Positions 37,260 to 49,669 of a stretch of DNA of 64,000 bases are shown here, piece by piece. Origin of the DNA: Mobula hypostoma (lineage: Eukaryota); NCBI RefSeq assembly GCF_963921235.1, contig NC_086108.1, positions 81,408,001 through 81,472,000 on the forward strand. The letters are read 5' to 3'. The position numbers and the translations under genes are program-made. The notes below the pieces were generated by a model, which had not been told where the DNA came from, searched no databases, and worked only from the letters and a program-made list of their open reading frames with translations. How positions within the stretch are numbered: the stretch's first letter is position 1; each line of letters begins with the position of its first letter.

Positions 37260-40063
37260 ATACTGGTCTTAAGGTGTTGTACTTAAATGCATGCAGCATA
37301 AGAAATAAGGTGGATGATCTTGTTGTACAGCTACAGATTGGCAGGTATGATATCATGGCCATCACTGAGACCTGACTAAAGGATGCATGTCTCTGGGAGC
37401 TGAACATCCAAGGATACACGGTGTATTGGAAGGATAGGAAGGTAGGCAGAGGGGGAGGCATGGCTTTATTGGTAAGAAATGATATTAAATCATTAGAAAG
37501 AGGTGATATAGGATCGGAAGGTGCAGAATCTTTATGGGTTGAGCTAAGGAATAGCAGGGGTAAAAGGACCCTGATGGCAGTTATTTATTGGCCTCCAAAC
37601 AGCTGCAGGGATGTGGACTACAAATTACAACTGGAAATAGAAAAGGCTTGTCAGAAGGGCAGTGTTATGATAATTGTGGGGGATTTTATCATGTGAGTAG
37701 ATTGGAAAAATCAGGTCGGCACTGGATCTCAAGAGAGAGAATTTGTAGAATGTCTGCGAGATGGCTTTTTAGAACAGCTTGTTGTTGAGCCCACTAGGGG
37801 ATCGGCTGTACTGAATTGAGTATTGTGTAATGAACCGGAGGTGATTGAAGAGATTGAGGTGAAAGAACCCGTAGGAGGCAGTGATCATAACATGATTGAG
37901 TTCACTGTGAAATTAGAAAAAGAGAAGCCGAAATCTGATGTGTCGGTGTTTCAGTGGAGTAAAGGAAACTACAGTGGCATGAGAGAGGAACTGGCCAAAG
38001 TTGACTGGAAAGAGATACTGGTGGGAAAGATGGCAGAGCAGCAGTGGCTGGAGTTTAGGCGAGAAATGAGGAATGTGCAAGACAGGTATATTCCAAAAAA
38101 GAAGAAATTTTCGAGTGGAAAAAGGATACAACTGTGGTTGACAAGAGAAGTCAAAGCCAAAGTTAAAGCTAAGGAGAGGGCATACAAGGAAGCAAAAATT
38201 AGTGGGAAGACAGAGGATTGGGAAGTCTTTAAAACCTTACAAAAGGAAACCAAGAAGGTCATTAAGAGAGAAAAGATTAACTATGAAAGGAAACTAGCAA
38301 ATAATATCAAAAAGGATACTGAAAGCTTTTTCAAGTATATAAAGAGTAAAAGACAGGTGAGAGTAGATATAGGACCGATAGAAAATGATACTGGAGAAAT
38401 TGTAATGGAAGATGAGGAGATGGCAGAGGAACTGAACAAGTATTTTGCATCAGTCTTCACTGAGGAAGATAGCAGGATACCGGACACTCAAGGGCGGCAG
38501 GGAAGAGAAGTGTGCGCAGTCACAATTACGACAGAGAAAGTACTCAGGAAGCTGAATAGGCTAAAGGTCGATAAATCTCCTGGACCAGATGGAATGCACC
38601 CTCGTGTTCTGGAGGAAGTAGCTGTGGAGATTGCAGAGGCATTAGCGATGATCTTTCAAAAGTCGATAGATTCTGGCATGGTTCCGGAAGACTGGAAGAT
38701 TGCAAATGTCACTCCGCTATTTAAGAAGGGGGTAAGGAAGCAAAAAGGAAATTATAGACCTGTTAGCTTGACGTTGGTGGTTGGGAAGTTGTTGGAGTCG
38801 ATTGTCAAGGATGAGGTTACAGAGTACCTGGAGGCATATGACAAGATAGGCAGAACTCAGTGTGGATTCCTTAAAGGAAAATCCTGCCTGACAAACCTAT
38901 TACAATTTTTTGAGGAAATTACCAGCAGGCTAGACAAGGGAGATGCAGTGGATGTTGTATATTTGGATTTTCAGAAGGCCTTTGACAAGGAGCCACACAT
39001 GAGGCTGCTTAACAAGATAAAAGCCCATGGAATTACAGGAAAGTTACATACGTGGATAGAGCGTTGGCTGATTGGCAGGAAACAGAGAGTGGGAATAAAG
39101 GGATCCTATTCTGGTTGGCTGCCGGTTGCCAGTGGTGTTCCACAGGGATCAGTGTTGGGGCCGCTTCTTTTTACATTGTACATCAACGATTTGGATTATG
39201 GAATAGATGGCTTTGTGGCTAAGTTTGCTGACGATACGAAGATAGGTGGAGGGGCCGGTAGTGCTGAGGAAACGAAGAGTCTGCAGAGAGACTTGGATAG
39301 ATTGGAAGAATAGGCAGAGAAGTGGCAAATGAAGTACAATGTTGGAAAGTGTATGGTTATGCACTTTGGCAGAAAAAATAAACGGGCAGACTATTATTTA
39401 AATGGGGAAAGAATTCAAAGTTCTGAGATGCAACGGGACTTGGGAGTCCTCGTACAGGATACCCTTAAAGTTAACCTCCAGGTTGAGTCGGTAGTGAAGA
39501 AGGTAAATGCAATGTTGGCATTCATTTCTAGAGGAATAGAGTATAGGAGCAGGGATGTGATGTTGAGGCTCTATAAGGCGCTGGTGAGACCTCACTTGGA
39601 GTACTGTGGGCAGTTTTGGTCTCCTTATTTAAGAAAGGATGTGCTGACGTTGGAGAGGGTACAGAGAAGATTCACTAGAATGATTCCGGGAATGAGAGGG
39701 TTAACATATGAGGAACGTTTGTCCGCTCTTGGACTGTATTCCTTGGAGTTTAGAAGAATGAGGAGAGACCTCATAGAAACATTTCGAATGTTAAAAGGCA
39801 TGGACAGAGTGGATGTGGCAAAGTTGTTTCCCATGATGGAGGAGTCTAGTACGAGAGGGCATGACTTCAGGATTGAAGGGCGCCCTTTCAGAACAGAAAT
39901 GCGAAAAAATTTTTTTAGTCAGAGGGTGGTGAATCTATGGAATTTGTTGCCACGGGCGGCAGTGGAGGCAAAGTCATTGGGTGTATTTAAGGCAGAGATT
40001 GATAGGTATCTGAGTAGCCAGGGCATCAAAGGTTATGGTGAGAAGGCGGGGCAGTGGGACTAA
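37260..40063 (+). pseudogene. CR1 ORF2: AP endonuclease and reverse transcriptase
   Basis: YLNACSIRNK, AITET, IYWPP, VGDF, SDHN, YLDFQKAFDK, GVPQGSVLGP, FADD. Stops at ~37373, 37694, 37817 and 39311. Confidence 0.95.
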
Positions 40064-40727
40064 ATAGGATAAAATGGATCAACTCATGATAAAATGGCGG
40101 AGCAGACTCGATGGGCCGAATGGCCGACTTCTGCTCCTTTGTCTTGTGGTCTTATGGTCTTATGGTTATTAAGAAGGCAAACTGAATGTTGGCCTTCATT
40201 GCTAGAGGTATTGAATTCAAGAGCAGGGAGGTCACGCTGCAACTATACAGGGTACTGGTGAGGCCGCACCTGGAGTACTGTGTGCAGTTCTGGTCTCCAT
40301 ACTTGAGGAAGGATATACTGGCTTTGGAAGCAGTGCAGAGGAGGTTCACCAGGTTGATTCCAGAGATGAAGGGGTTAACTTATTAGAAGTGATTGAGTCA
40401 CCTGGGACTATACTGTCTGGAATTCAGAAGAATGAGAGGGGATCTTATAGAAACATAAAAAATTTTGAAAGGGATAGATAAGATAGAAGTAGGAAAGTTG
40501 TTTCCATTGGTAGGTGAGACTAGAACTAGGGGGACATTGTCTCAAGATTCAGGGGAGAAGATTTAGGACGGAGATGAGGAGAAACTGTTTTTCCCAGAGA
40601 GTGGTGAATCTGTGGAATTCTCTGCCCAGGGAAGCAGTTGAGGCTTCTTCACTAAATATACTTAAGACGCAGTTAGATAGGTTTTTACATAGTAGGGGAA
40701 TTAAGGGTTATGGGGAAAAGGCAGGTA

Positions 40728-41165
40728 GATGAGAAGCATTTGATGGCTCTTGGCCGGTACTTTCTGAAGCTTAGAACAGTGAGGGGGGATCTCATTGAAA
40801 CTTATCGAATATTGAAAAGTCTAGATAGAGTGGATATGGAGAGAATGTTTCTTATAATGGATGAGTCTTAGACCAGAGGGTACAGCCTAAAAATAGAAAG
40901 ACATCTTTAGAACAGAGATAATAAGGAGTTTCTTCGGCCAGAGGGTGGTGAACCAATGGAATTCATTGCAACATACGCTGTGGAGGCCGAGTCATTGAGT
41001 ATATTTAAAGTGGAAGTTGATAGGTTGTTGGATAGTCAGGGTGTCAAAGGTTACAGGGAGAAGGCACGAGAATGGGGTTAGAGGGATAATAAATCAGCCG
41101 TGATAGAATAGCAGAGCAGACTCAATGAGCTGAGTGACCTAATTCTGTTCTTATGGCTTATGGTC
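40728..41165 (+). mobile_element. Third CR1 3' fragment fused directly after the previous one
   Basis: Restarts at atgagaagcatttgatggctc and repeats the C-terminal region; tail cttatggcttatggtc. Confidence 0.8.
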
Positions 41166-44100
41166 CAAACTCCATGCAAACACTTAGTGCAGATAATGGA
41201 CTGCCTTCATAAAATGTTTTCCACAGTTGCATCCACCAAAACTTCATTTTAATTGTAACATTCAACGTGATTGTCAATACCTTTAAATGCTTTGTAGTTC
41301 CTAACTTTCTGAAGTAGTGAAATCCTTCCCTTTCACTCACAGCCATATCCGGCATTTCCAAGCTTGAATGCTTGAAACCGCAGTTCAGAATTTTCCGACT
41401 GTTTAAGTCTCAACAACTATCAGTTTCAGAGTGCACTGCTCTTTGAAGGCAAACACACACACAAATGACACTATTTAAAAACTGCTTGCTTGAAGCATGG
41501 TGTAGTGTCTAATGGCCACACACGTGCACGCAGCTGACACTAGTTAGAAACTGGTCAGCAACAGTTCCCTGTCCCAATTTGGCAGCATAGTGTACCCCAC
41601 CCCCCAAAAAAACAGAAAGGGAATCCTGGCTATTTTCTCAATTAGCTTTTGTTCTTTAAGAGTTGTCCCAAATGAGCGGCCTCCCCTATTAACTAATGAC
41701 CAAATTACCAAGAGTGGACTGTATTTCCAATTATTTTGCTTTATTGTTTCCTAGATGCTCCACAAACAATCACAAGGGCCAAAATTTAGGAGATCCCCCT
41801 TTTTCTTCACTAGAAACTTACCTGCGCTGAATCTTTTCTAGGTCTGGAATGTCAGCTTGCTGATTTACCTTCAACAAAGAAAATCATACTTCAGTTTGCT
41901 AAAAATGGTTTTACCCCAATTTAAAACTTTTATTTTTGGTTTATCTTTGTCCTTTCCCATAATTGTGCCTAATCCAATGAAATTATGATACCTTATTATC
42001 ACACCTTTATGACCCATAATTATAACTCTTTTATGACACCTTTGGGCTTGCAGCATACCAATGGAAGTCCTGCCCCACATTTACCATCCATTCTGCAATT
42101 ATTCCATTTAACTTACACTGCTTAAGAGTACCAATGCTCAGAGTTGTTCAAACAAAATCAAATGTTTCATTCCATCCAAGAGCGTGGCCACTCAAAGGTG
42201 TAGTGCATTGATACATAGGTGTGTGTTTTATTGCCTTTATCCAATATGGACTGTACATATTCTCTAGAACTTGCAGTATTTTGCTACTGGATGAATCCCA
42301 ATTCTGTGTGCTAAAGCAATGAAGTCTATTATGTTTGAAATGATCACAGAATTATTTTAGAAGTTCTTTCCACTTCCCTTTACTCTTAAGCAGTGACTCA
42401 CCCAATGTTATAGGCCTGCGGATATTTCAAGGCCACAAATTACAGTTGATTTCTCTGCATACTGTTCAGATTCCGGACGCCAGATTCTGAGACTGCCCTT
42501 AAATAGCAAGTCATCTCATCACTTCCCAGCATCGTGTACTTGATTACCACTTGCTCTACTGTTTTGTTAGCCAGCAAAGGAAAGTCTTAGTTGTATTCAT
42601 AGTTGTTGATTTTGACAGATGCTGCAGAGTGTGATGATTGAGTTGCCTCCCTCAAATGTCTATAAAGTGCTTCTGGCATAAAATTTTTAAAAATTATCTG
42701 AACATGCAGTCAGTTGAAAACTTTGAGGTCCAAGTTCCTGAGTTCATAGCAGTCTCCAGGAAATGATACTTCGCTTACTTCAGTACATCAGCAGGTAACA
42801 ATAGTGAAGCTATCAATATTCACTGTGTTAACACATGGAACTGACACCATTATTTCTGTTATTTCTCTTCTCTTCGCACAGATGCAGTCTGACGTGTTGA
42901 GTATTTTCAGCATTTTCTGTTTTAATTTCATATTTCCAGCAACTATAGGTTTTTTATTTGAACTGGCAGCAACAGCCAGATACGTTGACTTGGATTAGAG
43001 CTGCCAGGATTTTCGCGAGTGTTTTTTTTATGCCACAAAAATTCTGAAACTGCTGACAGTGAAGGCGCACTTCATCAATTTAATTTTTCTGTCTTTTGCT
43101 TACACTCCCTGCATAACTTCCCCTGTTAGGGACCCACGTCAAATTTTGTTAATTGACTCCTTTTGCAATCTGCTACTCTTACATTCAACTTTCATTTTCT
43201 TCCCTGTTCAGTCTCTGAACACACCCAGTGCATTATACACCCAGAACACTTCAGAAATTCACCTCCATTGACTTCAACTTTGAAGGCAGAACACAATGTG
43301 CTGGTACTACAATGAGACTGCTGATCAGAATGGATTGTTAGGGACAGAGAATTTCATGACTTGACCAAAAAGCGTAAGTGTTGGAAAAGGAGGAAGTTCT
43401 TGCCATAGAAATTGTTGGATCTTAGTGAGTCACTTCCTTCAACATAGCAATCAGGTTCTGACTTGACTTGCCAAGCACAAATTTAGAACTATGAATGTGG
43501 AACAAGCTGTCAGTAGAAGTGTTAAATGCAAGTTAATTTGGAATATTTAAGAGAAGTTTTGATAAGTACATGATGGGAGGGGTATGGAGAGCTGTGGTCC
43601 AGATGCAGGTAGATGGGATGACAGAGAAAGTCAGGTCATCATGGACTAGATGGGCTGAAGGGCCTCTTTCTGTGCTCTAGTGCCCCATGACTCTGTCACT
43701 TGAAGAGGATTTTTAAAACACATTGTAAGATTATATGGAACAATTGGTCAAGGCGTCACCAACACTGGGGAGACTTCTTGTGTGACAATTCTTTGACAAT
43801 GTCCTCTCAAAATAGATGTGATGCCTCTGCACAAAAAGAAACATGTGTTTGGCCATGGGCATTTTGCTTATGGTCCCACTTAGCTGAGGAAAAGAAACCA
43901 AGCAATTTCTACTACAAATAAGAACAGGGGAGTGGAGATGACTGGAAGAATTGGATCAGCCCATGATTGAATGGCGGAGCAGACCAAATGGCCTACTTCT
44001 GCTCCTATATCTTATTGTCTTTATCCAAAATGCAGAAACATGGGTAACGTTTTCCAGGCACAGAGGCAGGCCTTTCCCTCTGGCTGCAGAGCAATCCCCC

Positions 44101-44711
44101 CGTGATCAAAAGGCAGTCAGCCAGCTCTCATTTTTCCCATTTGCCTCAATGTTTTAGTCTCTCTCATCGCTTTAATCAGTTAACAATAACAGCTTTATTC
44201 AGCAAAATGCCAAATTATCATACAGAATCAAAACACGTAGCAATACTCAAAACAGTAAAGAGCAATATATAAAGAGTATGACAAAAATGATAAAATATTA
44301 ACCAAATAATTAACTGATAATACTGTAACATACTGTCACATTGTTGGTAAAGATATTGTCCCTTTCAAAGTTTTCATACAAAGCCTTTGCAGAACCATCA
44401 CTAGGGAGATTTATTGTCACACTGCTCTAGTAAGTCGTCAAGTTTTTTTGTCATTTAACTAAAGTGCCTGTAAAAAGTACTCACCCCCTTGGAAGTTATC
44501 ATGTTTTTTTTTGTTTTACAGCATTGAATCACAGTGGATTTAATTTCGCTTTTTTTTGACGCTGATTAACGAAAAAGACTCTTTCTTGTCAAAGTGAAAA
44601 TAGATCTCCACAAATTGATCTAGTCTTGCTGGAAAACAAATCTTTCCCAAGCCACAGTTCTCTTGCAGTCTGCATCAGGTTTTCCTCCAGGATTTCCCTG
44701 TATTTTACTGA

Positions 44712-46707
44712 ATGTTTTCCATAATGAGGACGTCTAGAAGTTCACTGATGGAGTCACGTGCTTCATCCAGAAGTACATCAATGATGTTGACCCCCAGAAG
44801 TCGGTCAGGGTCTTCCCAAACCACAAACCCTGGATCAGTAGTTCCGTGCAAGCAGCACTTACAGAGCGACATCAAGCATACATCGCTGGAGATCAACTAG
44901 AGCTCAAGAAAAGCAGCTATGATCTGCACAAAGCTATCAAGGCTGCAAAACAACAATATAGGGAGAAGATTGAGTCAAGATTCATAATGAATAGCACACG
45001 TGATCTGTGGTGAGAGAGCTACATACCATCGCAGACTTCAAAGCCAAACACTGAGGTGCCACCAACATCGCGACCTCTCTCCCAGATGAGTTCAATTGCT
45101 TTCACACTCGGTTCGATGTCGCTAACTCTGAGCTTCCAAGGAAAGCCAATGCTACAACCTACAACCTGGTCGTCTCTGAGGCTGTGGTACACAATGTTTC
45201 CAATGAGTGGACAGTCGCAAGGCTGCAGGACCGTTCAGCATCCCAGGGCAAGTACTCAGGATGTGCGCAGCACAACTGGCAGGTGTGTTTACTGACATTT
45301 TTAATCTCTCCCTCTCCCAGTGTAGAGTGCCCTCCTGCTTCAAAACATCCACTATTGTCCCTGTACCTAAAAAGACCAAGGTAACATGTCTGAATGACTG
45401 GCATCCTGTCACACTCACCTCAATAATAAGCAAATGCTTTGAGAGGCTGGTCAAGGACTACATCTGCAGCTTGCTACCACCCACACTGGCCCCCTACAAT
45501 TCACCTACACACACGTGATCAACAGACGACGCAATAGCCGCTGCTCTACATACTGTCCTTACACATCTGGAGAAGAAGGATGCTTATGTGAGAATGCTGT
45601 TCTTGGACTACAGTTCAGCATTCAACACCATAGTTCCATCCAGGCTCGACAGGAAGCTCAGAGACCTCGGCCTTCACCCTGCCTTGTGCAGCTGGATCCT
45701 GGACGTCCTGTCAGATCGCCAGCAGGTTGTAAGAGTGGGCTCCCTCACCTCCAACCCTCTGACTCTCAATACAGGAGCCCCTCAGGGCTGCGTACTGAGC
45801 CCCCTCCTTTACTCTCTGTATACTCATGATTGTATCGACACCCACGGCTCCAATCTGCTAATTAAATTTGCCAATGACACTACATTGATTGGCCTTATCT
45901 CAAACAATAACGAGATGGCCTACAGGAAAGAAGTCATCTCTCTGATACAGTGGTGTCAAGAAAACAACCTCTCCCTCAATGTCGCAAAAACAAAGAAGCT
46001 GGTTGTGGATTACAGGAGGAATGGAGATGGGCTAAGCCCTATTGACATCAATGGATTTGAGGTTGAGAAGGTGAACAGCTTCAAGTTCCTTGGTATCCAT
46101 ATCACCGAGGACCTCACGTGGTCTGTACACACCAACTATGTGGTGAAAAAGGCACAACTGTGTCTCTTTCACCTCAGACAGTTGAGGAGATTTGGTATAG
46201 GCCCCCAAATCCTAAGAACCTTCTACAGGGGCACAATTGAGAGCATCCTGACTGGCTGCATCACTGCCTGGTATGGGAACTGTACCTCCCTTAATCACAG
46301 GACTCTGCAGAGAGTGGTGCGGACAGCCCAACGCATCTGTAATTGTGAATTTCCCATGATTCAGGACATTTACAAGTACAGGTGTGTAAAAAGGGCATGT
46401 AGGATCATTGGGGTCCCAAGCCATCCCAACCACAATCTATTCCAGCTGCTACCATCCAGGAAGCAGTACCGCAGCATAAAAGCCAGGACCAACAGGATCC
46501 GGGACAGCTTCTTCCACCAGGCCATCGGACTGATAAACTCCCACCGATCTGAGTGTACTCTATATTACATTGACTGTTCAATTTATTATAAATTATTATA
46601 AATTACTATGATTGCACATTGCACATTTTGATGGAGATGTAACGTAAAGACTTTTACTCCTCATGTATGTGAAGGATGTAAGAAATAAAGTCAATTAAAT
46701 TCAATTC
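44712..46707 (+). mobile_element. 5'-truncated Rex1/Babar LINE inside the Tc1 transposase
   Basis: [21 protein letters not shown]; tail aataaagtcaattaaattcaattca. Confidence 0.95.
45588..46601 (+). pseudogene. Rex1/Babar RT and C-terminal domain, 337-aa open stretch
   Basis: [28 protein letters not shown] (catalytic FADD altered), FKFLG, SFFHQAI. Confidence 0.9.
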
Positions 46708-48309
46708 ATTTGTTTTACCCTCTACCTTGATAAGCCTTCCAGGACCTGCTGCAGTGAAGAATCCCACAGCATAACGCAGCCACCATGCTTCATGGTAGGA
46801 ATGGTGTGTATTTGATGACGTGCGGGTGTTTGGCTTACGCCAAACATAGCATTTAGTTTGATGGCCAGAAAGCTCTATTTTGGTTTTATCAGACCATAAA
46901 ACCTTCTTCCAGCTGACTTCAGAGTCTCCCATATGCCTTCTGGCAATCTCTAACTGAGATTTCATGTGAGTTTTTTTTTCCCAACAGTGGCATTCTCCTT
47001 GCTACACTCCCATAAAAACTGCAACTGGTGAAGCACCCAGGTGACAGTGTTGTATCCCAGTCTCTCCCATCTCACCCACCAAAGCTTGTAACCCCTCCAC
47101 AGTAGCCATAGGTCTCTTGGTGGCCTCCCTCACTAGTCCCCATCTTGCACGGTCACTCCGTTTTTCAGGGCAGCCTGGTTTAGGCAGATTTATAGCGGTT
47201 GCCATATTATTTCTATTTCTTGCTTGGTGATTGACTTAATCAGAATCAGAAACAGAATCCTTTATTATCGCCAAGTATGTGGACACATACAGGGAATTTG
47301 ATGCCTCCAAGGGATATTCAGTGATTTGGAAATGTTCTTGTATCCATCTCCTGACTTGTGTTTTTCAATAACCTTTTTGCAGAGTTGCTTGGAGTGTTCT
47401 TTTGTCTTCATGGTGTACTTTTTGCCAGGACACTGACTCACCAGCAGTTGGACCTTCCAGATACAGGTCTATTTTTTGCTACAATCAACTGAAACATCTT
47501 GACTGCACATAGATTATCTCAATTTAACTAATTATGTGACTTCTAAAACCAATTAACTACACTAGTGATTATTTGGTGTGTCATATGATAGGGGGTGACT
47601 ACTTTTGCAATCAATTATTTTGTGTTTTATATTTGTAATTAATTTATATCACTTTGTAGAGATCTGTTTTCACTTTGACAAGAAACAGTCTTTTTCTGTT
47701 GATCAGTGTCAAAAAAAGCCAAACTAAATCCACTATGACTCAGTTTTGCAAAACAATAAAACATGAAAACTTCCAGGTAGGGTGAACACTTTTTATAGGC
47801 ACTGTGTACCATCATTCTCCAGACCAGGGTGTAAAACACAGTAGTACTCAAAACACATTTATAACACACAGTAACTTAGAAAAGTAAGAATTAAATCTAC
47901 AAATGGATTATGCATAGATGATCAAAGCCAAGTGCATAAATTAAATATTGTAGGGTACAATACAAATTATCTGGTGACATTTCAAATGAAGATGTTCTGT
48001 TTTCCTGTACAACACATACACAACCTGTAGCGGCAAAAGAAGTTGTTAATGGATGATTGCAAGTTAATAATCCTTACAAGACCAACAATGATTTTACATT
48101 TAGATATTTATATATTATTAATGTCAAATACTTGACTGGCAAATACAGACGTATTATTCTACACACATCATCTTGGATGTGACACTTGCTTGAAAACTAC
48201 AGTAAATTGTTTGTTGCTTATTTCTTGGAAATGCACTGATGCAATCTTATTTTCTTCAATGTGAATCTAAGTGACGTCCATTCATCATTAATGAAATATA
48301 AACACATCT

Positions 48310-48545
48310 GGGTTTTATGGTATGCAACATACACATATAATTTTTCAAACTCACTAGGGGTATATTCCAAGTAACCTAAGTATTCTAAGCTTCCAGTAAC
48401 CATTTCAAACACATGATCTCTGTTGAGCTTGGTGGGTCTGAACAAGCAAAGTGATAGTTTGTCCATATTCCTTTAGTTCATCTCCAACCATGGGCTTAGT
48501 GCAGACGTGCCAGTTAATAAGGTATCCCCATCAGTCAACATTTAT
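48310..48545 (-). pseudogene. Possible ancient PIF/Harbinger transposase C-terminal fossil
   Basis: Frameshifted motif series D*WGYLINW..TKP, NRDHVFEMVTGSL, LEYTP, KIICVCCIP*N resembles GDxGY..W..TP / TR..IE..FG.L / LQYSP..II.ACC.LHN. Confidence 0.4.
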
Positions 48546-49134
48546 TTTCCACAGGAGTATTACATCACATTGCCTTACCACAATTTTCAAATTCATTTAA
48601 TGGATAAAATGATTGAATAAACAGAAATGATTCAGATTATTTGGTAGTTTCAATTACCATCCATTTTCATGATGATCATCCTGCCCCTATGTGTAAATTG
48701 GCTATTAATTTGCTTTTTTCCAATCTTTGAGTGATATTATTTCCAAAGAATCTTGAAATGTGCTGAATGAGGTGTAAGTTATTTCATCAACTTCTTCCTA
48801 AAACATCCAAATACAATACAGTATTCTAATAAACCAGGTGCCTTGGACCTTTCCTAGGCTCCTAGCGTGCCAATTACGTCACTATATGTAATTTCCACCA
48901 CTTCATGCAATTTCTTCTCTGGAAATTCCATCTCTGTATTGGGAACATGGCAATGAATTCGGTATAAAGAGCTGTTTTAAAATACACGCCATCAGTTGGG
49001 TCATTTGATGTTACATCAGTCTTGGCACTCTTGTCAAGTTATGAACTTCTGAATTTTAAAACTAGGTAAAGGGTTTGCCCAATGCTTCAGTTAAAGTTGA
49101 ATAATTCAAATTATTCTATTTTTATTTTTTACTT

Positions 49135-49412
49135 AAAGTTACAGCATGGAACAGGTCCTTCGAGCCCAAGAAGCCTCTCAGCAGAGCTAGTATGTAACAC
49201 TAGCCTAATCACAGGACAATTTAGAATGATCAATTAACCTACTCTCCGGTGTGCCTTTGGACTGTGGAGGAGACCAGAGCACCCTGAGGAAAACCACGTG
49301 GTTCACAGGGAGAACGTAAAAACTCCTTACAGATGGTGCTGGAATTAACTTCTAACTCTGGAATGTCCTGAGGTATAACAGCATTGCGCTGCCCACTACA
49401 TTACCGTGATAC
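49135..49412 (-). mobile_element. HE1/V-SINE
   Basis: Homologous to 32375-32642 (tttggactgtggaggagaccagagcacc..ggaaaacc). Confidence 0.8.
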
Positions 49413-49669
49413 CTAGGGTTTTTCTTCTGGGACAACAAAATACAGGGAGTTCATTTTATTAAAAGCTTGAGTATGAAATCTGATTATTCGTCTCCAACAC
49501 ATCAAAATAGATTACAATGATAGAAAACATTAAAGAAAATCGAATTAGAATATGCTCACAGTAAAATCTTTATTTTTATATTTATACAAAATGTAGACCA
49601 TGCAAGGTAAGAACTTAATTGGAGAATGAGCTGATCATTTGTCCTTCCAAGCCAGCTCTGACCTTCAGC

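Larger units (their letters stand above)
36543..40163 (+). mobile_element. Near full-length CR1 LINE (3' part of ORF1, complete ORF2 with a few stops, 3' UTR)
   Basis: Esterase, APE and RT motifs in order; (GGTCTTAT)n tail at 40141-40163. Confidence 0.97.
35790..40730 (+). mobile_element. CR1 (second subfamily) at 35790-36542 and 40164-40730, split by a longer CR1
   Basis: ORF 35843-36451 has RT motifs. The sequence QVRQV|..|VIKKAN continues across the insertion with ggtt duplicated. Confidence 0.9.
44462..47804 (-). mobile_element. Tc1-like DNA transposon with long TIRs, partly deleted and interrupted by Rex1
   Basis: Ends ta|aagtgcctgtaaaaagtactcacccc and gggtgaacactttttataggcactg, inverted over ~160 bp. 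Transposase relics WKKVLWSDKTKIEL..YVWR (46654-46965) and LVREATKRPMAT (47002-47205). Confidence 0.92.

Noticed and set aside
37370..39313. Three Trp-to-stop G>A changes suggesting deaminase editing
   Set aside because: Too few events, and no visible G>A clustering elsewhere in the element.
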